A stretch of DNA of 63,999 nt, counting the filler, from Basidiobolus ranarum (lineage: Eukaryota): the NCBI GenBank assembly GCA_040143965.1. It is 14 parts of 14 records of this genome, joined end to end, with 100 filler letters (N's around TTAATTAATTAA, not from the genome) between each part and the next. Parts side by side here need not be neighbours in the genome. Positions count along the whole stretch, not along the records: positions 23,042 to 27,541 come from JASJQH010001940.1; positions 27,642 to 32,140 come from JASJQH010001941.1; positions 32,241 to 36,737 come from JASJQH010001942.1; 11 more parts are not named here. One strand, written 5' to 3'. Below the pieces are notes generated by a model. The model did no database searches, was not told the DNA's origin, and saw nothing but the letters and a program-made list of their open reading frames with translations. The first letter of the stretch is position 1. The number at the start of each line of letters is the position of its first letter. A program made the translations under genes and the position numbers. Positions 24,571-36,837 of this stretch are shown here, in pieces.

Positions 24571-27280
24571 TTTAGAAGCGAACTAGATTGAAGTCAGGGT
24601 AGGGTAGTGATGTAGCACAGGAAGAGTTAGATTCCACAAGGTACGAGAGAAGAATAGCTTATGAATCAGGTAGATCGATGGAAATGTGGCAGATGGAAAA
24701 GAAAAGGGGTACGAGATGCGACCCTGATGCGTAAACTAAGCTTGTAACAAATCACACTGTTTTCTTCCCGTTAACGAGCCAGTTTATGATGTAGATGTGC
24801 GTTTTAATGGAGCAAGGAAAAGACTACTCTAAGCTGCAATGGAGATATGAGGACCCCTTATAAATGTTAGAGAAATGTGAGTATGAACCAGTCATCACCC
24901 ATTGGTTGACATTGTCATACTATTATAGTACTAATTTCATAAACAGGGAGGGTTGGATAACCAGAAACCAGATGAATCTAATAAATAAATGCACTGTTGA
25001 TTTTATGTGGAACAAATCAATGCCATTGGAATCAGTACGAGAACTGGATTGAAGCAGCAACCAATGACGAGGCCGCTTGACTAGTGTTGATCAAGCATTG
25101 TCGAAAGTAATTAGTCCTGTCCCATGCACGGATATCAACGGGGGCATGCGAACAATGGAAAACCTGTATCAAACAATTGTTAATGGCTACATCATTGAGC
25201 CAAACCATGCCAAGAATGAACCGCAACAGTGAGCGAGGGGCATCTGATGATTTGAATGGTTCTGTAGGTTACCAGGGTAGAGACAGCGTTTCGATGTCCA
25301 TCGATCTGTTCATAATAGCAACATCCTGACAATGCTTCCAATCCACTAAGTACTTCTCCTTACTCCCTCCTCACCCCCACCACATACTCCTTACTTCGTG
25401 GGAGTTTGTTCTAACCAACAATGGACTACATCTGTAACCCTTTATGTCAGAGAGGCCCCTGGAATGAATGAAGGTATCTGCGTTTGTACGGTGATTAATG
25501 GCCTTGAAGTAAACGTCCATAATGAGTTATGTCGAAGCACGACGGCTACGGCAGATGCCATAACTTTCGTGCTATTCCGAGCTATGTCATGCTCGAGCAT
25601 CTTGAGTAAATCATTGAGCTGACTAACTCTTTCGCGTCCAACTTGCTTAGTGTTCATCAGGTATTGGCTAGCTTCATATTTGATAATACATTGCTTTCCT
25701 AAACCATAGGTTCCGACTTCATGATTGGCTAGAGATTGGATACTTATTAGCCGATGTTTCTTTAGCATTTGGTGGATCTATTCCTGGCTGTGTAACACCC
25801 TATCAGAGAGCAACAACATAGTCACCTTGGGGCGAATACAATGCTTTGAGTTATTAGTTGTTGTAGTGTGTCAGTAGCACCGTCTCACCTGATTGAGCTG
25901 TACTTAGCATATATGGATTCACTCTAATCTGAATCACCCAATGATGTAATCTAGACAGTCTTTCCTAGTCCTAGATGTTGGCGTTCGTAGCGCGTACACT
26001 TTGTCCAGGCGGCGAATCTGACTTACGAAACGGACCATCATCAATAAGACATGACTAGAACAAATGTTCGGACTGGCACTGCTCGATAAACACTTATTAT
26101 GCACTGACGGGTGGCGACTGTTGTGTAGAATCTCACTACCTGGTCATCCTGATGAGATTGTTGGGAAACAATTGTCATCGCTAGTCATGGCCTGCATCAG
26201 AGTCAGGTTGTCATTATTGAAGCTGCGACTTCCAATCTAGTCATGGTTTGACAGCAGAGTAACTCCAAAATCTAGAGAGCTGCGGCTTGCCCTGATCATA
26301 TCTTATTTCTGATCATCACAAGACCCGTGAAGTTGGAGTAAAGCATTGTAGGTCAGAGTGGTTCTCCATGATTCGGTCCACTTGGATGTAGTCTTATTTT
26401 GTCAGATTTGTATTCATATCTGGATACACTGTTTCATCACATCCTGCAAGCGGAAACACTCATGATTGTTCTGATCTGCATTCCTGCAAATAGTGCTCGA
26501 CATTTGGTAGAGCTTCAATTTCTTCGTTCAAACCATTTTGTTCGGATATCCCACCTGGAAAACACCTGCAATCACAGAGCATCCGTTCATATAGATACCG
26601 CATATTTGACTCTACTTGGAAGGGAAGCTCTAATGGTATATATGTACTTATAGAGCAAGTTACGCAGCTGAATCGGAAAGTTGAGGTAGTACAGCTTGCC
26701 CTTCGCCTTTGTTGTGCCTAGGCTTCTTGTTGTTCATACATTTTTTATTCCATTTTTCCTAAAGGTCAGTCAAATCGTTCGTGGCACAGAGAACCCACAT
26801 TCAGGGTTGGCTGTATCAGCTCCTCCATTCAGATAGATCCCTACTCACATCCAGCAATAAAACTTTACTCGGAAGCAGAATTGTTCCATAACAATCTACA
26901 TTTTCCATCTCTAAAGTTTGCTAGTGATCCCTACTCCGAGTTTAGCACAGTAAGCTAATGGGTGGGCAAGTCATGAATGTTGTCAGCCACGTCTCACCTG
27001 CTAACGAGGGTAACATTAAGTGCCAAGTTACTACAAATTCCCATTCCCTATACCACACCTAAGCTAAAAATACTGAAGCGAGTGATCTTGCGTTGGCTGT
27101 ACAGTAAACCAAAAGAACTCCCATAAAGTGAAAATTATTTATGTAGTGCATATCATATATTCTATCATTAAATACAAGTGGTTTCTACACATCAACTAGA
27201 GAACTTTCATAAAATCTGGAGTAAGGGGTGAATGAGATTTGTTGGACTGAGGTCATGGATACATCGGCAGTGATCAAAAA

Positions 27281-27541
27281 CTAATAGAAGCCGGGGAATA
27301 GGGGGATCGGGCGTTCAGTCTGCTATTATACGAGGCAAAATTTCGTGAGAAATCTGTATATAAACATATATATACTATTTTTATTAATACCAATTGATAC
27401 TTACGTTTTGGAATTTGTTAATTGTGTTAATCAATTCATTAAACCGAAGAGGTTTCGTCACGTATTCATCCATACCAGATGCGATACATTTCTCCCGGTC
27501 TCCAATCATCGCATGCGCAGTCAAGGCAATGATAGGAATGT
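27281..27541 (-). CDS. NIK1: Hybrid histidine kinase C-terminal receiver domain, group III (Nik1/Os-1)-like; 3' fragment
   Basis: Not in the ORF track. Reads [45 protein letters not shown], intron 27404-27323, last exon [13 protein letters not shown]. The ALTAHAMxGDREKC motif suggests group III; the symbol is tentative. Confidence 0.75.
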
Positions 27542-27641
27542 NNNNNNNNNNNNNNNNNNNNNNNNNNNNNNNNNNNNNNNNNNNNTTAATTAATTAANNN
27601 NNNNNNNNNNNNNNNNNNNNNNNNNNNNNNNNNNNNNNNNN
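27542..27641. other. Artificial contig spacer
   Basis: N44-TTAATTAATTAA-N44. Confidence 0.98.
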
Positions 27642-27849
27642 TTATCAGTCCTTAGACATTTCTAGAGGCTTGATTCCCTTTCACAAAGACCCAAGAGGCA
27701 AGAGACAGACCCATATTACAGTACATCCCAGAGTTATTCAACTGTGGTTATCACACCCTTTGGACACCTCACAAAACCCTTAGAATATTGCAATTATAGT
27801 TGCTGGTTACACCCTAATACAGCTACACTGTAGCAACTCCCATGGATCC

Positions 27850-28482
27850 AGGAGTGAAACTAGTCAAAAATACTATCAAAAAAGATGTAAATTGGCCAAA
27901 CATGGCTCAAAATATGTCATTTCAAAGCCATGAGTTCCCTTAGCAATCTATGATGGGTACACTTTGTTAGGGAAGCTATTGAGAAAAAGCATTTCCAACT
28001 AGAGTACTGTCCAATTGGGGATACAATTGCTGACATCCTTCCCAAACCATTACCCAAGCCAAAATATGAAGAATTAAGATTTAAGTTAGAATTAAGATAT
28101 GTGAATATTTAGTTGAGTGGGAGTATTGAAGTTCATTTTCTATATTATATTGGTTATCTCTACCCTTATACACCCAACTATTTTATGTATCACATATAAG
28201 TTAGTTAACATTACTTAGTCAAATATCACTTAACTGCAAATTGGAACATATATTATGTGTATGTGAATAATGTCAGAATTAGCAATTGCATATTGGAAAT
28301 TTCAAACTTGTCCAAATTGCCCCAAAAATAGCTCATTTTACTCTCACAGATGTTCTGAACCCAACCCCAATGTTAGTTTTCTGTATTTCTACCAAAATAT
28401 ACAAATGCTTTATTTTGGGACAAATAATAATTATCTCACAAAAGTTATTCACAATTACACTTTTCTAAATTTCCACCAAACA
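27850..28482 (+). mobile_element. 3' end of a Ty1/copia element (RNase H end, PPT, 3' LTR 28124-28482)
   Basis: HFVREAIEKKHFQLEYCPIGDTIADILPKPLPKPK; purine tract GAGTGGGAG directly before TATTGAA; LTR ends ...AAACA. Confidence 0.75.
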
Positions 28483-31400
28483 GCCCACATTTTCCCAATA
28501 ATAGCTTCTTGTGTAGCAGCAGATGTAGCCACATTCTCTGCTTCTGTAGTGGAAAGTGCTATTGTTGCTTGCTTCTTACTATGCCAAGTTATAGCTCCAT
28601 TATCATAGAGAAAAGTGTACCCAGTTGTTATTCTTATATCATCAAGGCTTCTTCCCAGTCTGTGTCACTGTAGCCTTCAAAACTTTGTGCATCAGGAGTG
28701 CCAGAGTATTCCAGAACTAGATCTGCAGTTCCTTTCAAATACCTCAGTATTTGTTTTACTGCAGTTTTTTGCCAAGATCCTGGATTTTTGAGACATTGAC
28801 TGACAGTTCCCACTGCACAGCAATGTCTGGATGCGTTCCAACTACTGTATATGTTAAACCATCAACCATGGATTGATTAAGGAACTACTGGTTTTGATTT
28901 GAGTAATTTTGGGCCAAATCAGTTAAGATTTTGATTAATTTCACATTAGGATCCATTGGTATTAAAACAGGTTTGCTATTCTCCATGTTGAAGCAATTTA
29001 GGATATCTAATATGTATCTAAACCAATTTAGCATAAATATCCAATTGGGTTTATCTCTCTTGATTTGGATTCCAAGTAAATAAGTTAATTCACCCATATC
29101 AGTCATTGGAAATTGGTTTGATAAGCTGCTTTTTGTCTAATTAAGTGCTTCTAGATCATTAGTGGCTATGATCAAGACTTCCACATATTGTGCTAAGATA
29201 ATGATCCAATTTCTTGTTGGTTTGATGTAAATACTTTGATCTGCAGTGCATTTTTGGAAATCTAGTGATTTGAACAGGGTAGCTACCTTATTGTACCATG
29301 CCCTGGGTGCCTGCTTGAGTTTGTATAATAATTCTCACAGTTTACAGACCATATTAGGGTGTTTTGGGTCAACAAATCCATCTGGTTGCTCCATATAGAT
29401 CTCTTCTTCCAGATTTCCATTCAGAAAGGCTGTTTTAACATCCATCTGATGCAATCAAGGTTATGGAAGGCTGAGAATGCCAGGATTGATCTAATAGAGC
29501 TAAACCTAGGTACTGGAGCAAACATTTTTTAAAATCTACTCCTGGTGTCTGTGGATAGCCTTTTGCAATTAATCTTGCTTAGTACCTTTCTATGGTTCCA
29601 TCAGCTTGGTCTTTGACTTTGTAGACTCATTTGCAACCTATTGGCTGTATTGTCTGAAAGTGAAGAAAACTCATCAGACATTACTTTTTGCGTAATTTTG
29701 ATTCTGGTTACTCCAGTGCTTGAACTAGAGTCTGTGGCTCTTCACAGAATGCTGCACAAGCATAAACATCATCATTGGAAGTGTACCAACAGTTACCTGG
29801 CTTATTTCCTTTGCTGGATGAACTTCTGGATCCTGAATCATCTTCTGATGTAATTGGGAATGAATTTGGCTGAACAGAGCTCAGATACAGCTGGAATTTT
29901 GTCAGACACTTCTTGAAAAGTGCTGATTGTATTTTCTGGATCAAGAACTGTAATTTGAGGTGAAAAATTGGCTTTTTCATTTAAAATCACATCTCTACAC
30001 GTATTTAACTTGTGATTTTTGGTTTCAAACAGTTTATAGGCCTCAGATCCGTCAGCGTAGCCAAGATATATCCATTTACTGCCATTGGGTTCCAATTTGG
30101 ATTGTTTTTGAGCTGGAATTTGGAAATATGCTATTCAACCAAAGATCCTGAGATGAACCACACTTGTTGCTGACCTATATAGGGCTTCAAATAGAGTAGA
30201 ATTTCATAGCAATCTTGTTGGGCATCTGTTTTTGATATTGACTGCAGTGGAGACAGATTCAGCCCAACATTGGTAATCCAACTTTTGATCATGTTACATT
30301 GATCTAGCCATCTCCACTATGAGCCTATAAGCATCTTCTGCAACTCCATTTTGCAGTGGAGTATAAGGTACAGTAATATGATGCTTAATTACATATTTAG
30401 AACAAAAATTAGAATAGTCCTTAGAGCAGTATTCTCCACCATTATCCCTCCGTAGTACTCTTATTTTTTGTGCCAGTTCTCTCTCTACCATTTCTTTGTA
30501 AAACTTATATGTAGCTAGGGCTTCAGATTTTGATTTGAGAGACAATACCCAACCATATATTGTCTTGTCATCAATGAAGGTCTTAAAGTACTTTTTCCCT
30601 CCTAGTGATATATTTTTCATAGGCCCACAAAGGTCTGAACAAATCAAGGCAAAAATTTGAGTGGATTTGATCTGTTCAGAGCTTGTAATTAGCTGTCTGT
30701 GATGTTTTTGACATATGCAACCTACACACAAAACCAATTTAGTGATATTTTCAATTTCTGTGCATGAAAAAAGCTGATTTTGGATCATTTGGGACAGTTT
30801 TTGATCACCAATGTGGCTTAATCTTTAATGCCATGTCTGACAGTTTATTTAACTGGTGTTGGCCAAGTGTACATGCTTAGAATGCAATTTGTTGATTTCT
30901 AGCTTAAATAAGATTTGAGTTTTGATACCAGTAACTAATTTGGTACTATTCTGATCTGTGATCATGCATTCAGCCTTGCGTAAAACAGAATTTAGTCCTT
31001 AAGTTGTTTTTTGGCTTAATGAGGGTAGATTCTTAGCTATATTTGGCACATAAAATATATCATCCAAATTTGCAGATGATATAGCTGCATTTCAGTCTAA
31101 ATTGAGCATAACTGTGCCCTTACCAACTGCATCTAGTGCATAGTCATCACCTAAGTAGACTTTCCTTGTTTGGATTGGTTTTAAGCTGAAAACCAATCTT
31201 TCCTGTTTGACATATGCTGGGAAGCTCATGAATCAATGCACCACAATTCTGAGTCTTCTTAAGTATTTGGTAATAGGACAGACACAAATAGATGATACCT
31301 ATGAGTGCTTACTTGATTTGCTTGTTCCAATTTTAGCTTTTGGGCAAAAAACCATTTTTGCAACCTTTGCTAATTAGGCCTGGTTTCTTGCAATATTTGC

Positions 31401-31653
31401 AGATGACAGATTTCCTATTAGGAGCACCATTGTTGAAGCCTGTTGGACATTTTACAGCTCTAAAAGCTGCCTGTTCTGCAACTTTTGCTGAGAATTAGAT
31501 CTTCTTATTTCCTCATTCAAAAGCCCAGCACCAATATATTCCATTATTTATAGCTCTGAACTTGATTCAAGGGCAATTATGAGGTTCCCAAACTCCTATA
31601 GCTTGCTTCCGAGTAGTGTCATGACCAGGTCATATTCATTAAAAGGTGCTCCA
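28483..31653 (-). mobile_element. Degenerate Ty1/copia retrotransposon (gag, protease, integrase, RT, RNase H)
   Basis: Integrase ICSDLCGP...FIDDKT...LRRDNGGEY...VPYTPLQNGVAE; IYLGYADGSEAYKL; RT MTDMGELTYLLGIQI; RNase H WHSKKQATIALSTTEAE. Confidence 0.9.
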
Positions 31654-32140
31654 TGTTGAAAGTAGGTAAATAGCAGCTCATTATTTATTAATTAGTTGAT
31701 TCATATTATTTAGCACTCAATTCTGTCATTCAAAAATGTGTGTTTATTGCTCTTATTGCTAGAAATTTCAATTAGATCACTTTTACCAATTTTCACTATT
31801 TTCTCAAAACCTCTCCAAATCACCTCAAATTTTCACCAATGCTTAACAGGCATATTTGTTATTTAGCTACATTCAAGCACTACAAAGCAATTGTAGAGAA
31901 AGAATCAGCACAAAAAATAAGGGTACTAAGGAGTGATATTGGTGTAGAATACTGCTCTAAGGACTATTCTAATTTTTGTTCTAAATATGGAATTAAGCAA
32001 CATATTACTGTACCTTATACTCCACTGCAAAATGGAGTTGCAGAATGTGCTAACAGGACCATAGTGGACATGGCAAGATCAATGTTACATGTTCAAAAGT
32101 TAGATTACCAATATTGTGCTGAATCCGTCTCCACTGCAGT
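31654..32140 (+). mobile_element. Copia LTR (family B) fused to an integrase fragment, inserted antisense into gag
   Basis: Starts TGTTGAAAG and matches the reverse complement of ~21955-22150; followed by LRSDIGVEYCSK...PYTPLQNGVAECANRTIVDMARSML. Confidence 0.8.
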
Positions 32141-32240
32141 NNNNNNNNNNNNNNNNNNNNNNNNNNNNNNNNNNNNNNNNNNNNTTAATTAATTAANNNN
32201 NNNNNNNNNNNNNNNNNNNNNNNNNNNNNNNNNNNNNNNN
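32141..32240. other. Artificial contig spacer
   Basis: N44-TTAATTAATTAA-N44. Confidence 0.98.
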
Positions 32241-32324
32241 GTTGCTTGTATAGCGTAAATGCCAAAGTACCATACATTGACAGACTAGGTTAAGGTTCCC
32301 TAGCAATATAGGCATAGCATACAA

Positions 32325-32397
32325 GGACTGGTAGCTCAGTGGTTAGAGCACCTTGCTAGAGCGAAGGAGGCCCCAGGTTCAAATCCTGGCCAGACCA
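32325..32397 (+). tRNA. tRNA-like sequence or pseudo-tRNA (anticodon AGA, no long variable arm)
   Basis: Cloverleaf GGACTGG TA GCTC-AGTGGTTA-GAGC A CCTTG-CTAGAGC-GAAGG AGGCC CCAGG-TTCAAAT-CCTGG CCAGACC A. A and B boxes intact; one mismatch each in the acceptor and anticodon stems. Confidence 0.7.
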
Positions 32398-32459
32398 ATA
32401 TTTCTCCCAAAATAATTTCAATAAAAACAAGTTATAATAGGGTATTCTTACCCATATCA

Positions 32460-33270
32460 AAATCTGAAGCCTTATTTGCATTTAAGCGCTAAAAAGAAAT
32501 GGTAGCAAAAGTAGCAATATCAAAAGCAGGGTACCAAGGAGTTAAAATGGTGGAGAATATTACTTTAAAGACTTTGCTAGCTTTTGTTCTAAACATGGAG
32601 TTGAGCAACTAACTACTGTACCATAGACTCCACAGCAAAATGGGGTTCTAAAGCATGCCAATAGCACCATAGTGGTGATTGCAAGAGCCATTTGACATGA
32701 CCACTATTGGGCTGAATCTGTATCTACTGCAGTCTATAACAAAAACAGAGGTGCATCAAGATTGCTATAGAATGTGAGGACATAAACTTGAATATCAAAA
32801 AATCCCTTATGTTGGTCCATTGTGGGTAGTTCAATGAACACAATGATTGGAACATATCCAGATGTTGCTGTGGTAGTGGGGACTTGCAGCCAATATCTCA
32901 AAATCCACAATACAAGCACAAAACTGCAGTAAAACAAATATTCAGGTATTTGAGATGAACTATAGATCTAGCTTTGGAATACTCTGGCACTTGTGTTGAA
33001 CAAAATTTTGAAGGCTTCAATGATTCAGACTGGGTAGGAAACCCTGTTGATAGAAGATCAACAACCTGTTGCACTTTTCCCAATGGTAATAGAGCCATAA
33101 CTTGAAAAAGTAAGAAGCAATTTACCATAGCACTTTCCACTACAGAAGCAGAGTATACAGCTGCTTTGGTTACTACACAAGAGCTATGTAGTTAAGGAGG
33201 ATGTTTACAGACATTGCATATATGCAAAAATATGCTATTACTGTATTTACAGAAAATTAAAGGTGCACTT
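32460..33270 (+). mobile_element. Internally deleted Ty1/copia fragment (integrase, RT end, RNase H start)
   Basis: KSEAL...NGGEY...TPQQNGV; IGTYPDVAVVVG; FNDSDWVGNPVDRRSTT; KSKKQFTIALSTTEAEY. Confidence 0.8.
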
Positions 33271-35132
33271 TATCAGCTACTGTATGTCAGTATTAGTCCC
33301 AGCTTAGTAGTATTGAAACCATCAGTTATTAGTTATCTAAATATCAACCAGTATTAGTCAGCAACCATATGTTATTCCAGTAGTTAGTTGTAGTTGGTCA
33401 CATGTTATACTCATGATCAAATTCATGGAAGGTCACATGAGCATATCCCATCTTTTCAAGTAGGGCACATGATTATCTTGATTTTGCCATCCCAACATAT
33501 ATCAGTGGATTGCTCTGTCACCCCTGGATATCTTGGCCAAGAATTGTGCCATCTCAGTATGATGTAGCTTGATCCTGATAGAGTATTAGATTATTAATCA
33601 GTGGATGAGTTATTACTCTTCTGATCTATCACTATAAGTGTAAATACACAAGTATCTCCCTCAACAAACTTCTGTCCAGTTCTAATGAATACAATATTAG
33701 CTTACTCAACTCTCTATCATTCTTAACTACTTGAGATTTATGACCTTGATGGCTGCAACAACTTAACCTCCACCCTGAAGAAGAACCTTGTCATGTCTAA
33801 TACACTTGAATGCCAATCTGCTCTAGAACAGATCATCACCCAGCAATCCCAACTTCTGCAGCTTTGGAGCCTGCAACAGCAAGGAATTGCTAATGCTAAC
33901 CAGAACCTACCAGGACTAACCATGTCATGAAATACAATGAATATCAAAGTTCAGCAGGGGTCTTTCTGTTAGAAGCAGTCTTTAAGGCCAGGGGAGTTTA
34001 AGATGCTAACAAGCTATACTATGCAGCCTCATATTGGACCAATGCTGCCCTTCAGTGATTACATAACAGAGCTAGAGCAGCAGCGTAAGGAGAACTACCA
34101 CCAATCACTACTTGGGATCAGTTGATCCAACAGATTCAGGATGCCTTTGAATCACAGCATCAGCGGCAATGACATAGGAGAAAACTAACACATTTGAAGC
34201 AAGTAAAAACTGTGCGGGAATATATTTACTAGCTTAGAAGCATAATGGGCCAGATCAACAGTATGAACCAACTAAGCCAAGTGCAACCCATTGTCAAGAG
34301 ATTCAAAGGAATGATCACAATGGAAGTTAACTACTAAACCCTAAGCACATTAGATCAGGCAATTGAGATGGCAATCACCTATGACACAGCCATATATGGT
34401 TAGGAAGACCATATGCTATGGAGAACAGACATCACTAAAGTTAATGTAGGAGGCCAATCGAAGGAATTCCTATGGAGATTGATTCCATTAACAGAGAGGT
34501 CACTACTGAAGAATGTAAGCAAAGATGATAGTGGTTCACATGGCATAAAAAGGGACATTATGCTAGATATAGTCCAGAGAGAAAGCCAAAGAAAAGTAAG
34601 AAGAGTTTTAACATTGTTGATATCATGGAATTGTCAGACAAAAAGCAGGAAGAAAAAGCTGACGCCACTTTGCAACAAACTGCTGAATATCTTTGCAATG
34701 TGAATGAGAACTCAGTAAGACTAATATATCTCAGAGGAGTTGTATATTCTACTACTGCCAGAATGATGATCAACTCAGGAGCAACATATGAATATGTATC
34801 ATCCAAGTTTGCCAACAGAGTAAGAATCTACTCAGAGCCTACTTCAACAACCAGAGCCTCTAATATAGATATAACTGCACGCTCTATATGTCAAATTACA
34901 TGTCCCTTGCAGATTGCTACAGGAGACTACCAGGATGACATACAAGTTTACATGTTTGAAAACCATAAGTTTGACTTGGAGCTAAGAAAGACCTGACTAT
35001 ATCAGTGGAGTCCAAATATTGACTGAAAAACCATTGAGGTTACTGTGACAAAAGAAGGCAAGACTTTTCAGCTTACCCCTGATGCCTCAGACTACACCAT
35101 AGGAGGAGTTCTTAGCCAGATTCACAAAGATG
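33270..35132 (+). mobile_element. Degenerate Ty3/gypsy element (LTR ~33270-33745, gag, protease, RNase H fragment)
   Basis: Gag ITTWDQLIQQIQDAFE...LKQVKTVREY...TLDQAIEMA, PMEID, decayed CCHC knuckle (KGHYAR), protease MINSGAT, RNase H PDASDYTIGGVLSQ; the RT core is missing. Confidence 0.82.
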
Positions 35133-36737
35133 CCCCAACAAAAATAAAATCAATTTGATCTGGATTGGATCTACCCTCTAAAATAGCAAAACCATCAGAG
35201 AACCTTCACAATATTGCTGGCTTGCATTCTGCCAGGATTTTGATAGTGTGATGGTGGTTTCTTGACGGTATCTTGGCGGTATTCATACATGTTAAAATAT
35301 TGATCCTCAAATTTGGCATGCATGATTCAATATCCGGCAATTTTTGCAATAACATAATTTTTGAATGGCAAATTACTGGGTTTACTGCTGTAGGAATTTG
35401 AAATAATATGCATGCCTTTATTTAGATATTTTAGGCTTTGTTTTCCAGCCATAATGAAAATCAAAAAATACAAGAATCTTGTTGTATTTAGTCTCTACAT
35501 ATGCACATACTTGATTGATTGGACATAACTCAACAACATCAATAGGCTTTACCAGCAAACTAATGGTGGAAAAAATTTCTAAACATCTGAAACTTTGAAT
35601 AGCACTGACACATGGCAAATAGCTGACTCTTGTTACCATTCACAATGAGAATAAGCTCTTGGATTTTGGCAAATTCCTGTAAAGAATTTGGCCAATATAT
35701 CTCCAACTTGCGGTCAACAGATGTCCTGCCACAAGTAGATGTTTCATTGCTTGAATAGATTAACCCAAGGCTAAAACAACAATACTGTGTATCTCCATCT
35801 ATCTCCCCAAAAGTCTGTCATGCAGCTTTCCTAAAAACACCATCAGATTATCAAAAAAGCAAATTAGTCCAATCAAAGAGGTACTTACTCGGTGTCCATG
35901 GATTGGGCTCTGTTGCTGTTATTGTGCTCAAACAATGTGAAAACCCATGAGCATATTGAAAAGAGCCCTTTGTTTGCAGGTTAATATACTCTGGAGTCTC
36001 CTTAACCCATTGCATTACATCCGTCACTGATTTTGCTGATACCTTGTTGATCAGATTAGCATATGATAATACTGACAATTTCACAAGGAGCTTCATTTCA
36101 CCACAGGTGAACTGCATTGTGAACTCCCAGAATGTATAGCATGGGCCTATAATCTCTAAGCATTGTGTAAGATGCATCAGGGAATGTATTGATTTCCAGC
36201 ATAGATTCAGTGTATCTTCTTTAAACCTGTAATAAAGTTTTTCATATCCAATTACAAAATTGTTGCACAGTCACTGTATCTGCCTGAGATCTGCCAATGT
36301 GAGTTGAAGCCATGAGAATATATTAACAATATCCACAAACAACTCCCAATGTTGCCAATACTTATCAGGCAGAAATCTTTTCAAAATTCCACTTGAATAT
36401 ATACAAATCCAATACTTCCAGTCTTTGCATTTGAATAAATGCCTAGATGAGTGGATATTGATGGGAGTCCTGGTAAAATATGATGGTATCTTGACATTTT
36501 CAAGCATTTTCCCAATTGATTCAAACTTTGATCCTATCTTGAATGGCTCATTCATATTGAATTTTCCACTGTATAGCTGAGTAAGTAGTATCGGAATGTT
36601 GTTGAATAGTAAGTGCATGGTGCCTAATGGGAAGCTCTGGCTCCAGCTGATCCCCTTTAGCAATATAATCTTAGGCTTACGGCTAATACCAAGTTTGATG
36701 TTAGACTGACTATTTGGTGAATTGATAGTAGTGTTCA
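35133..36737 (-). mobile_element. CACTA/EnSpm transposon 3' half, inserted into the gypsy RNase H region
   Basis: SFPLGTMHLLFNN, KCKDWKYWICIYS and MHLTQCLEIIGPCYTFWEF; colinear with 16160-17570. Junction with gypsy at ~35133 (CCCC, a possible terminus). Confidence 0.85.
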
Positions 36738-36837
36738 NNNNNNNNNNNNNNNNNNNNNNNNNNNNNNNNNNNNNNNNNNNNTTAATTAATTAANNNNNNN
36801 NNNNNNNNNNNNNNNNNNNNNNNNNNNNNNNNNNNNN
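36738..36837. other. Artificial contig spacer
   Basis: N44-TTAATTAATTAA-N44. Confidence 0.98.

Noticed and set aside
24864..26653. Several 60-108 aa ORFs between the LEA_2 gene and the HK 3' end
   Set aside because: No domain motifs or consistent splice model; probably intergenic.
32325..32397. Amber-suppressor (CUA) or Leu (UAG) reading of the tRNA-like loop
   Set aside because: Stem register and U33 place AGA at positions 34-36.
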